A stretch of 25,949 nucleotides of DNA from a virus (IMGVR_UViG_3300016263_001520:1-25949), one strand, 5' to 3'. Positions 15,110-25,307 are shown, numbered from the stretch's first letter. A program made the numbers and translations. The notes: generated by a model from the letters alone, not told the origin.

Positions 15110-17191
15110 ATGTCGCGAGATCTTTCCATTGTAAATGAATATCACGATGCTTATACGCAAGCATATTACGCGTGGAACCCTTATTACCCCCTTGCAGATC
15201 GAGATCTCCGGTTTTATTTGGGTGATCAATGGGACGCATCGGAAAAGCAAAAACTTTTTCAAGATAACCGAAACGCTTTTGTTTTCAACAGATCAAGAGC
15301 AATTATCGATCTAATTGATGGCTATCAAAGAAAAAATCGGCTTTCTTCCGTTGTTATCCCAGTAGAAAATCAAGACCAACAAACAGCTGACCAGTTAACT
15401 AAGCTGATGCTGTACGTTATGCAATATGGAGGAGGTTATGAAGCAATCTCCGACGCTTTTTCTGTAGCTCTCAAGACGGGATGGAATCTATGCACTGTAT
15501 ATATGGATTACGTTTCAGACCCTACAAACGGTGATATTCGTTTCGGGAGAGAACCTTATTCGGGTTTTATTACTGATCCATATTTTACACGCTTAGATTT
15601 CAGCGATATGGGCTACATGATCCGCCGAAAATACCTTAATGTTAACCAAGCTGCGTCACTTTTACCGGGCCAAGAAAAAGAAATCTATCAACTCCACAAA
15701 ATTGGCTGGTCTCGTGATGATAAATTTACGTGGCTACCTTATCAACAACAACCCAATGGGGAAGAACTGATCGCTTTTAACGAGTATTATAAGCAGGGGT
15801 TCAAAAAAATTGATGTTTTTGTAGACATGGAGTCGGGTGAATTTTTGGAATTTGATGGCGACAGGGATAAAGTTGAGATTTTCCGCGAACAATATCCGGA
15901 TATGAAAATGATCAAACGATCTAAAAAATTTATTGAGAAACATATAATTTGCAATGAAACGTATATGAGGACGGAGGTAGATCAATACGGCTTATCGGAA
16001 TACCCATTCACACCGTTTGTTGCAACATTTCAGCCCGAAAGTGATTTTTGGGAACTAAAAGTGCAATCTTTGATGCGCCCAATGATTGATCCACAGCGTG
16101 AAGCAAATAGACGTCGTTCCCAAATGATTGATATTTTAGATTCTCAGATAAATTCCGGGTGGATTGCCGAAGAAGACTCCGTTATTAATCCAAGATCCCT
16201 ATTTCAAACGTCTCAAGGTAAAGTCATTTGGAAAAAGAAAAACTCCGGAGCAGTAGAAAGGTTACAACCGGCACAAATACCCCCATCAATGTTCCAACTA
16301 CAAGATCTTTTTGACAGGGACATGAGAGAAATAGTTGGTGTCAACGATTCCATGTTCGGTGTACCAACGAGCGGTAATGAGTCTGGCCTTTTGACTATGC
16401 TTCGACAAGCATCCAGTGTTACAGGATTACAAACCGTATTCGACAAGTTACGTTTTTCTCAAAAAAACCTTTCTTCAAAAGTTTTGAAACTGATTCAGTC
16501 TTGGAGTCCGGAAAAAGTAGCAAGAATTATAGGAGAAGAGCCAACAGATGCCTTTTATAATAAAGATTTGACAAAATTCGATGTTATAGTACAAGAAGGC
16601 GTGCTAACAGATACACAACAGCAAATGTATTTCCGACAATTGATGGATTTAAAGGCTTTGACAGATCAGCCCTCCTCCAGCCCAATTACACCAGATATGC
16701 TCATACAAGCAGCCCCTATCCAAGGAAAAACCAATTTATTACAGCAGATCACGCAAAACCAGCAACAGATCATGCAAGCAGCACAAGCGCAACAACAACT
16801 CCAAAACCAGCTGGTCGGGTCTCAAGTCGAACTTGCAAAATCCACATCTATCAGCAATCTTGCCCTTTCAAAAGAAAGATTTACAAGAGCGGTTGCGAAC
16901 ATGGGTCTCGAAGACGAAAGAGCAGCAAAAGCGGTTCAAGACCGTGCAAAATCTACTCTCGATAACATTAAAGCCGCTCAAGAGATTCAAAATATTTCTC
17001 AAGACCAACTGATGAAAGCTCTCCAAATTGTAAAGTTTTTGGATGCTTACAATCGCACGCAAGAAGAACAGATTAAGGATGATGACATTTCGATATCCGC
17101 TCAAGCCGAACAACCCCAACAATCTGCTGGAAACGAAATGTTACCCCAACAATTAGCCCAGCAAACACCACCCCAAGGAGGTATGTTATGA
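15110..17191 (+). CDS. Portal protein (P22-like)
   Basis: DLRFYLGDQW, FNRSRAIIDLIDGYQ, EYPFTPF, MIDPQREANRRRS, and a Gln-rich C-terminal coiled-coil barrel. Confidence 0.9.
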   Translation: MSRDLSIVNEYHDAYTQAYYAWNPYYPLADRDLRFYLGDQWDASEKQKLFQDNRNAFVFNRSRAIIDLIDGYQRKNRLSSVVIPVENQDQQTADQLTKLMLYVMQYGGGYEAISDAFSVALKTGWNLCTVYMDYVSDPTNGDIRFGREPYSGFITDPYFTRLDFSDMGYMIRRKYLNVNQAASLLPGQEKEIYQLHKIGWSRDDKFTWLPYQQQPNGEELIAFNEYYKQGFKKIDVFVDMESGEFLEFDGDRDKVEIFREQYPDMKMIKRSKKFIEKHIICNETYMRTEVDQYGLSEYPFTPFVATFQPESDFWELKVQSLMRPMIDPQREANRRRSQMIDILDSQINSGWIAEEDSVINPRSLFQTSQGKVIWKKKNSGAVERLQPAQIPPSMFQLQDLFDRDMREIVGVNDSMFGVPTSGNESGLLTMLRQASSVTGLQTVFDKLRFSQKNLSSKVLKLIQSWSPEKVARIIGEEPTDAFYNKDLTKFDVIVQEGVLTDTQQQMYFRQLMDLKALTDQPSSSPITPDMLIQAAPIQGKTNLLQQITQNQQQIMQAAQAQQQLQNQLVGSQVELAKSTSISNLALSKERFTRAVANMGLEDERAAKAVQDRAKSTLDNIKAAQEIQNISQDQLMKALQIVKFLDAYNRTQEEQIKDDDISISAQAEQPQQSAGNEMLPQQLAQQTPPQGGML

Positions 17192-17406
17192 AAAAAAATG
17201 GCTATAATGGTTATGGAAAATCCAACGGGATGTCCAAAGACCGTTACAGCGGTGCTATGAGCGGAAGAATGGCTATGGTAATGGGCCATGCCTCTCCCGT
17301 TTACAGCATCGATACTATGTCCGAAGATGCGGATATGGGAAGAATGAAGTATATGAAGCAAGGATTGAGAGGATATCCAGTCCAAGCCTACGAATACGAT
17401 TATTAA
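17188..17406 (+). CDS. Small Met/Gly-rich protein
   Basis: GGAGG RBS and ATGA overlap with the portal gene. Confidence 0.7.
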   Translation: MKKNGYNGYGKSNGMSKDRYSGAMSGRMAMVMGHASPVYSIDTMSEDADMGRMKYMKQGLRGYPVQAYEYDY

Positions 17407-17417
17407 ACGGATAGACT

Positions 17418-17783
17418 ATGCAAGAGACCGGTGAAACACGAGATGCTATAATCGAGGATGCAAATAAACAAATTGAGAAGATCATCAATTCAAGAAAAAA
17501 TTATCTTGGAAAATATTGGATCGTCCTTTTTGCGAAACCCTCAAAGCATGTCGTAGATGGAAAGCCGACCTTGGTACAGTGTATCAAAGCATACGATGTC
17601 AAACCAAAAGCTCAAGTCGGTATGGTTGTCGGGGAGGTTCATCCAGATGGTAGAGTACATTGGGATGTGGACATGCCCCAAGTTCCATTCGATTTTGATA
17701 AGCTCCAAGATTTCGGAGCAGAGCGTTGTGATGAAGTGATCGTGGAAACAACACGCATTCCGAACGCATATATAACTAAGTGA
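17418..17783 (+). CDS. Hypothetical protein (head module)
   Basis: 121 aa, operon packing. Confidence 0.7.
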   Translation: MQETGETRDAIIEDANKQIEKIINSRKNYLGKYWIVLFAKPSKHVVDGKPTLVQCIKAYDVKPKAQVGMVVGEVHPDGRVHWDVDMPQVPFDFDKLQDFGAERCDEVIVETTRIPNAYITK

Positions 17784-17805
17784 AGCCAACAATATGGGCT
17801 AGATC

Positions 17806-18435
17806 ATGACTATAAATGATATGGGCGTAAGCAATGAGGTCGCCACTCAAGAGGTTTCAGCACCAGAAATGGTACCAGCTAATGTTTTACAAGAACAAAA
17901 GCTGCAAAATGAATCCTTGCAACAAGAACTTCGAATGATAAAAGATCATCTTTCGCTGCTTCAAGCCAATCAATCCAGAGTGCCGGAAAAAAAAGTCGAT
18001 GAATTTGAAGGCATGGACGATACCGATGTTATGACCGTAGGGCAATTTAAACAAGTCGCCCAAAAGTACAACACCCAGCTCCGGATGAGCGTTGAAGAGC
18101 TTAAAATATCTCAAAAATATCCCGATTATCAGGAAGTCGTAACAAAATATTTACCAGAAGTAATAAAACAAAATCCCAGTTTATACCAATCTTTACAACA
18201 TACCCAAGATTTCGAACTAGCCTATTATCTAGCTAAGAACTCAGAAACCTATAAGAACCAAAATAAGACCACTAAACGCAATGCTGACGCAGAAAAAATG
18301 GTAAAAAATGCATCTCAAAGCGGTACGTTATCTTCTATTGGTGGGGTTTCAGGGCTCCAAGCCTCCAAAAAATATAAGGATATGTCGGATGATGAGTTTC
18401 GTAAAGAAATTGCTAAAAACTTGGGCTATGTATGA
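17806..18435 (+). CDS. Putative capsid scaffolding protein
   Basis: Helical and charged, directly upstream of the major capsid gene, ending YKDMSDDEFRKEI. Confidence 0.7.
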   Translation: MTINDMGVSNEVATQEVSAPEMVPANVLQEQKLQNESLQQELRMIKDHLSLLQANQSRVPEKKVDEFEGMDDTDVMTVGQFKQVAQKYNTQLRMSVEELKISQKYPDYQEVVTKYLPEVIKQNPSLYQSLQHTQDFELAYYLAKNSETYKNQNKTTKRNADAEKMVKNASQSGTLSSIGGVSGLQASKKYKDMSDDEFRKEIAKNLGYV

Positions 18436-18443
18436 GGTTTTAA

Positions 18444-19385
18444 ATGTCTATTACTACGACAGCAGTACTGCCACCAGCAGTTAGAGAGTACTATGACAGG
18501 CTTTTGTTGATGACTGCCTATCCACAGCTTATCTACACAAAGTTTGCACAAAAAAGAATCCTTCCCGAAAAAATGGGAGACACCATCGTTTTCAGACGCT
18601 ACAGCCGTCTTGCAACCGTACCAATTCCTTTGGTTGATGGGGTAACACCACCGGGCGCACCACTTTCCGCCACAGATATTAAGGCTCAGGTTTCATTCTA
18701 TGGAAACTTTGTGACTATCACAAACCAAGTAGAGCTAACCGTCGAAGATAGAGTTTTGAATGAATCTTCGAGATTATTGGCGCAAAACTTGGCTCAAACA
18801 ATGGACGAGGTCACCCGTGATGTGTTGGCTTCAACAAGTTCAACACTACAATGTTCAAACGGGGTTAATGGATTAACTCCTACTGAACTCACAAAAGCGG
18901 ATATTGACGCAGCAGTAAAAACATTACTTGGTAATGATGCTGAAATGATTTCCGAAGTAGTCCCCGGCGCCAATCTTTTTGCGACAAGCCCAATCAGACC
19001 GGCTTTTTATGGTTATATTGATACTGATTTATTGGATGATCTGGAAGCAGTTGCAAACTTCGTTTCCACTTCACAATATGCAGCTCAACAAACAGTTCTA
19101 GATTCTGAGTGGGGAGCAACAGGAAATTGCCGTTGGTTATATACATCGGTAGGCTCCGTAAGCTCTGCATCTCCTCCAGTTTACAATAACTTTATTGTAG
19201 GTCGTGAAGCTTATGCCGTAGTCCACCTAAGAAGTGAAACCGGTGAGTTTTATATTGAGCCTCTCGGTTCTGCTGGTGCTGCTGATCCATTACATCAACG
19301 CGGTTCAGTAGGATGGCAACATCCATTTGTAAGCAGAATTTTGAATGATGCGTTCATGATCAACTTGACTGCAACCCATTCATAG
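18444..19385 (+). CDS. Major capsid protein (N4-gp56-like family)
   Basis: GDTIVFRRY, L.DGVTP, YGNFVTIT, LGSAGAADPLHQRGSVGW. Confidence 0.9.
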   Translation: MSITTTAVLPPAVREYYDRLLLMTAYPQLIYTKFAQKRILPEKMGDTIVFRRYSRLATVPIPLVDGVTPPGAPLSATDIKAQVSFYGNFVTITNQVELTVEDRVLNESSRLLAQNLAQTMDEVTRDVLASTSSTLQCSNGVNGLTPTELTKADIDAAVKTLLGNDAEMISEVVPGANLFATSPIRPAFYGYIDTDLLDDLEAVANFVSTSQYAAQQTVLDSEWGATGNCRWLYTSVGSVSSASPPVYNNFIVGREAYAVVHLRSETGEFYIEPLGSAGAADPLHQRGSVGWQHPFVSRILNDAFMINLTATHS

Positions 19386-19393
19386 GAGGAATT

Positions 19394-20035
19394 ATGTCAC
19401 AATTATTTACATATAGTTTCACTTCCGCAGCCGTGCCGGTCAATGAGGATATCAACATTGGATTTGATGCTGCAAAAGTAGAAGTCTGGAACGAAACAAC
19501 TGCTGGGTCATCAGCAAACCCGGGTGTTGTGCAAGAGGCTGTATGGATCGATACCATGTCTAATGGAGAGTCTATCGTTAGAAAAAATACTAACGGTGCC
19601 GCCACTTTAACGGCGTCTTTTATTAGTTCTGGTGGTATTTCTTTACTCAGTAGCGGAGCTGTATACGGTTCGGCAATTACTGGTTTTACAAATGCCAATC
19701 CCGGAGTGATAACGGTATCAAATGCCGCAGCCGCAGGATTTGCAGCAGGTGATCTCGTTCAAGTAGCGTCGGTCGCTTATAGCGGTGCTGGAACTAGTTT
19801 GAATGGGCAATTTACCGTTGCATCCGTTACAGGAAACAGCGTTACTCTAACAGCCAATACCACAGCTTATGGGGTTTACGTTTCTGGAGGATTCTTGACA
19901 AGAGTTTCCAACTCTTCAGGATCGCCAATTGCAACACAAAACATTGGGGAAAATTTCGTAAGAATTGGAACCGGTGTTCAAGCTGCATCGTCAGTTATAC
20001 ATGTTGTTGTTTACGGTAAAAATTCCGTAGTATAA
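19394..20035 (+). CDS. Virion structural/decoration protein with E1-FCCH-like beta domain
   Basis: Follows the major capsid gene. ITGFTNANPGVITV...GDLVQV...LNGQFTV. Confidence 0.65.
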   Translation: MSQLFTYSFTSAAVPVNEDINIGFDAAKVEVWNETTAGSSANPGVVQEAVWIDTMSNGESIVRKNTNGAATLTASFISSGGISLLSSGAVYGSAITGFTNANPGVITVSNAAAAGFAAGDLVQVASVAYSGAGTSLNGQFTVASVTGNSVTLTANTTAYGVYVSGGFLTRVSNSSGSPIATQNIGENFVRIGTGVQAASSVIHVVVYGKNSVV

Positions 20036-20075
20036 AAATAAAAGTAGCATGGGGGTTTTGAATGCCCCCATCTAC
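20036..20075. terminator. Hairpin after the capsid genes
   Basis: gtagcATGGGGG-ttttgaatg-CCCCCATctac. The T-run is on the minus side. Confidence 0.5.
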
Positions 20076-20104
20076 CCTCAAAATGGTAAAAACCAAAGGT
20101 CAAA

Positions 20105-20470
20105 ATGAGCACCTTAAAAGACAAAGCAAGATCAACCGATGAGAAATTCCTCAAAGGATTACCCATCATCGGAAGAGTACCCAGTTCCGACAGAGAAGAA
20201 GAATTTTTAAGAGAAATTTGTGAGTTCGAATTTTATAATTTAGAAGAACCCGGATTAGCGATTAAATTCCCTTATGGAAATACAAGAAATTACCATAATT
20301 TCAGTTTTTGGCACGGTGGAAAATACAAAATCCCCAGACATGTTGCACGCCATTTAGAGGCTTGCTCTACCCCAATTTGGGATTGGAGACCAGATGGCAC
20401 CGGAAAAATGGTAAAACAAAAAATTGGTGAAAAACCAAGATTTCAAATGAGACAAGTTTTTGGTGGATGA
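20105..20470 (+). CDS. Hypothetical protein
   Basis: 121 aa in the structural operon. Confidence 0.7.
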   Translation: MSTLKDKARSTDEKFLKGLPIIGRVPSSDREEEFLREICEFEFYNLEEPGLAIKFPYGNTRNYHNFSFWHGGKYKIPRHVARHLEACSTPIWDWRPDGTGKMVKQKIGEKPRFQMRQVFGG

Positions 20471-21360
20471 TGGCAATTTGGGATTTAGCTGCAATTCGGC
20501 TTAAAGCACGTCAGGTAACTGGTAGATTTAGTGAGGATGAATTATCCACACCAAAATTGGATAATTTTATTAATCAATATTACCAGTATACCTTCCCAGC
20601 TGAAGTAAAATTGGATCGCCAATACACCTATTACACTTTTTTAACCTCAGTAAATCAGGCTTATTATGATTTGCCAGACGGTTTTACAAATCTTGTACCC
20701 CCAGCCCAAATCAATTTTCAAAGTCTGCTTTGGTGGCAAGACCCAGCTTTATTTTATGCGCAAAATCCCCTTCAATTGTATTTTCAAACGCCGTTTACAG
20801 GTGATGGTTCTACGACTTCTTTTACAACCACTCAAACGGGTTTTCCAATCATGCCCGGGACGTTGGTTTGTACTGATAACGTGGAGACTTTCCAAGATAT
20901 TAACCAAGATTGGACGTTTTCTAATGTAACTATCACGGGAAATCATGGTGGGTCTTTGGTTGTAAATTATGATAGTGGAACAGTTACGGTAAATTTCAAT
21001 TCAGCTCCTGCAAATGGGCAAGTGATTTATCTTTCTTATGCCCTTTTCAATCCCGGTTTACCTCAAAACGTTTTAATGTTTAATAACCAGCTACAATTTT
21101 CTCCTGTTCCCAACACTGCCTACACTTTTCAATGTAAAGCGTATAAAGTCGTTGATCCGTTAGTTAATGCAACAGATAGACCTCCTCTTGATGAATGGGG
21201 GCCGACTATTGCGTATGGGGCTGGACGAAATATTGCAGCAGAGTTTGGAGAAATGGATCTTTACAGCACCATTACAGCTCTTTATAAAGAACAGGTAGCC
21301 TATATTTTAACAAGAACGGAACAAAATCTACTTAATATCCGCTCCGTTCCAACATTTTAA
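20467..21360 (+). CDS. Head-tail adaptor / tail tubular A-like protein with inserted beta domain
   Basis: Helical N- and C-termini (LDNFINQYY; EWGPTIAYGA), YDLPDGF, FSPVPNTAY, and an insert FTGDGSTTSF...VNYDSGTVTVNFNSAP. Confidence 0.65.
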   Translation: MMAIWDLAAIRLKARQVTGRFSEDELSTPKLDNFINQYYQYTFPAEVKLDRQYTYYTFLTSVNQAYYDLPDGFTNLVPPAQINFQSLLWWQDPALFYAQNPLQLYFQTPFTGDGSTTSFTTTQTGFPIMPGTLVCTDNVETFQDINQDWTFSNVTITGNHGGSLVVNYDSGTVTVNFNSAPANGQVIYLSYALFNPGLPQNVLMFNNQLQFSPVPNTAYTFQCKAYKVVDPLVNATDRPPLDEWGPTIAYGAGRNIAAEFGEMDLYSTITALYKEQVAYILTRTEQNLLNIRSVPTF

Positions 21361-21369
21361 AGGAATTTT

Positions 21370-21999
21370 ATGGCTTGGGATACGAATCAACCGGCTGACA
21401 CCACAAAAATACGTGATCTTGGCGTCGTTATTCGAGCCAATAATACAGCGATAGCAGGCGGTGATACTTCTCTGGCACCACCCAGATGGAATATTGCAAA
21501 TACTGGTGGAACTCCTCCAGCTACTGCTTCGATGGTTCGAATATATGGTGATAATGATAGCGCAGGAAATGCCCAAATTTTTGCAATTGACCCATCCAGT
21601 AATAAATCTAGAATTACCTCAACCCCTATTGCAAGTTCACAAGCACCCGTAACAGTTACAATCGCTGGTAATACTGCTACTCTTTCTTATGGCAATAGTT
21701 ATAAAATTTTCTCACAGGGTCATTTTACCGTAACAGGAACAAGCTACCCACTTTTTGAGATTATCGGATATATTGAGGTAACAGCCTCTAGCATCGTTAA
21801 TGCTGGAACAATAACTATACCATGGCCCTTCGCTTTTCAAACCAATTTTCCCATTAGCATACAATTAACCGAACAAAACGGACAAAATTCAATACTGGTT
21901 AAGCTTCAAAGTTATAGCCCGACGGATTTTACGATAAGAGCAAACGCTGGGTCTTTAGGTGTTAATTCAAAAATATTTTTAAGAGTTATGGGAGTATAA
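21370..21999 (+). CDS. Tail fibre/spike-like structural protein
   Basis: MAWDTNQPAD...IRANNTAI and a C-terminal TITIPWPFAF beta domain. Confidence 0.6.
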   Translation: MAWDTNQPADTTKIRDLGVVIRANNTAIAGGDTSLAPPRWNIANTGGTPPATASMVRIYGDNDSAGNAQIFAIDPSSNKSRITSTPIASSQAPVTVTIAGNTATLSYGNSYKIFSQGHFTVTGTSYPLFEIIGYIEVTASSIVNAGTITIPWPFAFQTNFPISIQLTEQNGQNSILVKLQSYSPTDFTIRANAGSLGVNSKIFLRVMGV

Positions 22000-24137
22000 T
22001 GTCGTTAGAACCCATCTTAATTGCCCCTTTTAAAACGGGACTGTATACCGATGTGGAGCCATGGCTTGCACCTGCTGACTCGTTTTTAACGGCCACAAAT
22101 GTACATATTCGTCATGGATACGTAGAAAAAAGAGATGGATACTACGAATTTGGTCAATTGGTCAAAACAGACACGACAGTAAATATTACCGGAATTACTC
22201 AAGCAAACCCCGGAGTTGTAACTGCAGCAAGTGTCACAGGTTTGACAGCTGGAGATAGGGTTTTTATCACAGGCGTAACGGGTATGACCGAGGTAAATAA
22301 CCGGGTCTTTAGCATCAACAATATAGTAGGTCTTACCTTCGAAATTGATCAGGATACGACCCTTTATGGAGCTTACACAGCTGCCGGTACATACGCCAAG
22401 GTCATCACCGATACAGACCGTGTTATGGGTATCACGAGGTATTTAAGACAAGATGCAGACAATATTAACATCGCTTTTAATACAACAAGAGCTAACGTTT
22501 ACAACGATGGGTCAAAAAAATACGAGCCTTTAGATGCAACCCCCATAATGTCCGGAAGTGCTTTTGATTATGTCTGGACGGTTCAATTACAATCCCCTCA
22601 ACTGCCCAACAGACTCTATTTTACTAATGGAAAAGTTTGGAACGGCTCAAATTTAGATGGAATCCGCTACTACGATAACCAAAATTACAATGTTACTACC
22701 CTATTTACACCCCAACTTACCAACAATGCCAATGAACTACTTTATGGGGCAAAACTGTTATTCACTTTGGGTGATCGTCTCATTGCCTTGTATACCTATG
22801 AATATGATAACGCAACCTCCTCGGTAATTACCTATCCTCAAAGAATGCGGTTTTCAGCAGCCAACAACGTTTCATTATGGAACTCCGTTACACCAGGAGG
22901 CGGTAATTATGCCGACGCCCCAACAGGTGATCAGATTGTTTCCGCTAGAGCACTACAAAATCAAATTGTGGTATTTTTTACAAATTCCGTCTGGAGGGTT
23001 AGACAACGGCAAGGAGATCCAAAAGCCCCTTTTCTTTGGGAAAAGATCAATGATTATAGAGCCTGCGATGGAAAAATGGCGTCCGTTGGTTATGACGGGT
23101 ATGCCGTTGCCATAGGAATTCGGGGAATTATCGCCTGTGACGGGGTCAATGTCAAAAGAATCGATGACCGAATTCAAACCTATGTTATTGATGAATTCAA
23201 CACCAACCAATTTCAAAAAGTTTTTTTAGCACGTTCTTATCAAACTATGCGATGGTGGAGTCTGTATCCTCCCATCGAACAAACCGAAAATGCAGCCGCT
23301 TTAATCAATGATGACGACTCAAAGGCTTTTACTTCTTATGAAATCGATATGAATTGTTTGGGTTACCATAACTTTGACAATGATTTACGCCTCAACGATT
23401 TTACCGCAGCTAATAATCTCGATTTTAACCTTTTGGAAGTAGGGGATGCGGTTCTACTGGACTATTTTTATGGTGGACAAGAAGAAACTCTAATGGGAGG
23501 GACTATTGATGGTAAGATCATGGCTCTCGAAAATAGCGGTTCAGATGCTGGAGAACCCATATCGACTACGATAAAAACGATAGATCTAGCCCCATTTAAA
23601 GAAGAGGGTATTGAAAGTCTATTGGCCTATATGGACATTTACGTTGATACCGATATTGACACCACCGCCACCGTAAGTTTTTTCAAAAATGACATGTTTT
23701 CACCCTATAAAACTGTAAACATGAATTTTTTACCCAACTTGGATTTTGTCCAAGTCATAGACGATGTCAGCCAGACGAACCCCTGCGTTGTAAACTGTCC
23801 TAATTCAGGTCTTCAAACAGGGGATATTATTTATATTTATGGCGTAGAGGGGATGATTGAACTAAACAACACCAACGGGTTCACAATTACGGTTATCGAC
23901 CAAAATTTCTTCTCGTTAGATGGTATAGATGCCACCGGCTATGGGCAATATGTCAAAAATGGTGCTGTTTATAGACGAAAATTTTATAAAACAAAGGTGT
24001 GGAAACGTATTTTTTGCGGGGGTATTGGTTATCAGCACTCAATAGAAATTGAATCAAGTGGAGCCAATCAGGCCATGAAAATAAGCGGATTCAAGCCCTA
24101 TTTTAAAAAGATTGGTTCAAGGACAGTAGGGACATGA
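21999..24137 (+). CDS. Tail nozzle / DNA-stabilisation (P22 gp10/T7 gp12-like) protein with two E1-FCCH-like inserts
   Basis: 712 aa, beta-propeller-like (NVHIRHGYVEKRDG, RMRFS, IVVFFTNSVW). Podovirus gene position. Confidence 0.7.
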   Translation: MSLEPILIAPFKTGLYTDVEPWLAPADSFLTATNVHIRHGYVEKRDGYYEFGQLVKTDTTVNITGITQANPGVVTAASVTGLTAGDRVFITGVTGMTEVNNRVFSINNIVGLTFEIDQDTTLYGAYTAAGTYAKVITDTDRVMGITRYLRQDADNINIAFNTTRANVYNDGSKKYEPLDATPIMSGSAFDYVWTVQLQSPQLPNRLYFTNGKVWNGSNLDGIRYYDNQNYNVTTLFTPQLTNNANELLYGAKLLFTLGDRLIALYTYEYDNATSSVITYPQRMRFSAANNVSLWNSVTPGGGNYADAPTGDQIVSARALQNQIVVFFTNSVWRVRQRQGDPKAPFLWEKINDYRACDGKMASVGYDGYAVAIGIRGIIACDGVNVKRIDDRIQTYVIDEFNTNQFQKVFLARSYQTMRWWSLYPPIEQTENAAALINDDDSKAFTSYEIDMNCLGYHNFDNDLRLNDFTAANNLDFNLLEVGDAVLLDYFYGGQEETLMGGTIDGKIMALENSGSDAGEPISTTIKTIDLAPFKEEGIESLLAYMDIYVDTDIDTTATVSFFKNDMFSPYKTVNMNFLPNLDFVQVIDDVSQTNPCVVNCPNSGLQTGDIIYIYGVEGMIELNNTNGFTITVIDQNFFSLDGIDATGYGQYVKNGAVYRRKFYKTKVWKRIFCGGIGYQHSIEIESSGANQAMKISGFKPYFKKIGSRTVGT

Positions 24138-24688
24138 CATTACCAACCGACACAGTATATCCAAATTTTGAGCCCACTGAAGAGATTGGAACTTTAAATG
24201 AGTACATCGAAGACCTTGTTGAAGTACTGCAAGACCGAGATACCGAAATCTCTCTGACTGTAAATGGCAGAATTTTAAATAGTTTTTTAAATCCACCCGA
24301 CCAATGGCAACCTACATTATATGGTTCAACTGTCCCGGGTTCGTTTTCTTATGAAGAACGCGTGGGATGGTGTTTAAGACAAGGACTAATGACAGATGTT
24401 TTTTTCGATTTACGATGGTCAGCCAACGGTGGAGCTACTGGAAACCTTTATATTGAGCTGCCTTACCGTGTTGCTAATAGCACTTCTAAACCTTTTGTCG
24501 GAGTAGTTCAAACAGCTACTTTAGCCTACGGTGCCGGACAAACATATTTAACCCTTAATGCAATACCCAATACATACAGATGTGAAATTTGGTCTTCTGG
24601 ATCTGGTAATGCTACCGCTAACATAGGCGCAGTACCAGCAGGGCAACTTATAGGCCACATTCGCTATATCGGAGTAGATAATGAGTGA
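24134..24688 (+). CDS. Structural protein (needle/fibre-like)
   Basis: N-terminal helix plus beta domain (WQPTLYGS, IELPY). Confidence 0.6.
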   Translation: MTLPTDTVYPNFEPTEEIGTLNEYIEDLVEVLQDRDTEISLTVNGRILNSFLNPPDQWQPTLYGSTVPGSFSYEERVGWCLRQGLMTDVFFDLRWSANGGATGNLYIELPYRVANSTSKPFVGVVQTATLAYGAGQTYLTLNAIPNTYRCEIWSSGSGNATANIGAVPAGQLIGHIRYIGVDNE

Positions 24689-25307
24689 AATGGAAAAACT
24701 AAGATGGGTAAGAATTTTTACCCCGTTACATATACCTAAATATTTAGTGGAGCAAATCAAGGAAAGAGATTTTACAATTGAAGACTTCTACCGTTACCAC
24801 GAGATAAATTGCTTAATTCAAAATCAAAAACAGGTCGAATTAAACCCTTTTTCCCATCTTCACGTCCTTGTTGATGAAGAGAACATCACCAAAGGTTTTG
24901 TTTGGTTTACCATTGAGCCATTAACCAAAAATCTTATTATTCAAAATTATTCTATTGATAAAGCGTATTGGAATAAGGGTCAAGCTGTAAAAAAATTGTC
25001 TGATTTCATCTTGGAATATCAAAATAAGGGTGCGATTAAGAAAATTTTCTGGATTACAAATTATCCGCGCCATAGTGAAAAATATGGATTTCAAAAATCA
25101 AAAAATGTCTTAATGTGTTACGAGGGCAAAGAAAATGGGAATGAACAACACCTCAGGGGGACTGAGCAACCTACTATTCGGCGGTACCCAGAATCTGGGG
25201 AACATCGAACTATTGGAACCGAGCCAACGCCAACTTCTTCAAAGTCTAACTTCACCCCAAACAGCTCAACGTTCACAACAAGCCCTTCAGAACTTGCTAG
25301 CGTTTGA
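24681..25307 (+). CDS. GNAT-fold protein (P22 gp14/T7 gp13 position)
   Basis: KGFVWF...SIDKAYWNKGQAVKKL...EKYGF. Lies before the ejection genes. The last ~57 codons overlap the next gene. Confidence 0.6.
   Translation: MSEMEKLRWVRIFTPLHIPKYLVEQIKERDFTIEDFYRYHEINCLIQNQKQVELNPFSHLHVLVDEENITKGFVWFTIEPLTKNLIIQNYSIDKAYWNKGQAVKKLSDFILEYQNKGAIKKIFWITNYPRHSEKYGFQKSKNVLMCYEGKENGNEQHLRGTEQPTIRRYPESGEHRTIGTEPTPTSSKSNFTPNSSTFTTSPSELASV

Noticed and set aside
16735-16815. CAG/CAA repeat-like tract
   Set aside because: It encodes the Gln-rich coiled-coil barrel normal for P22-like portals.
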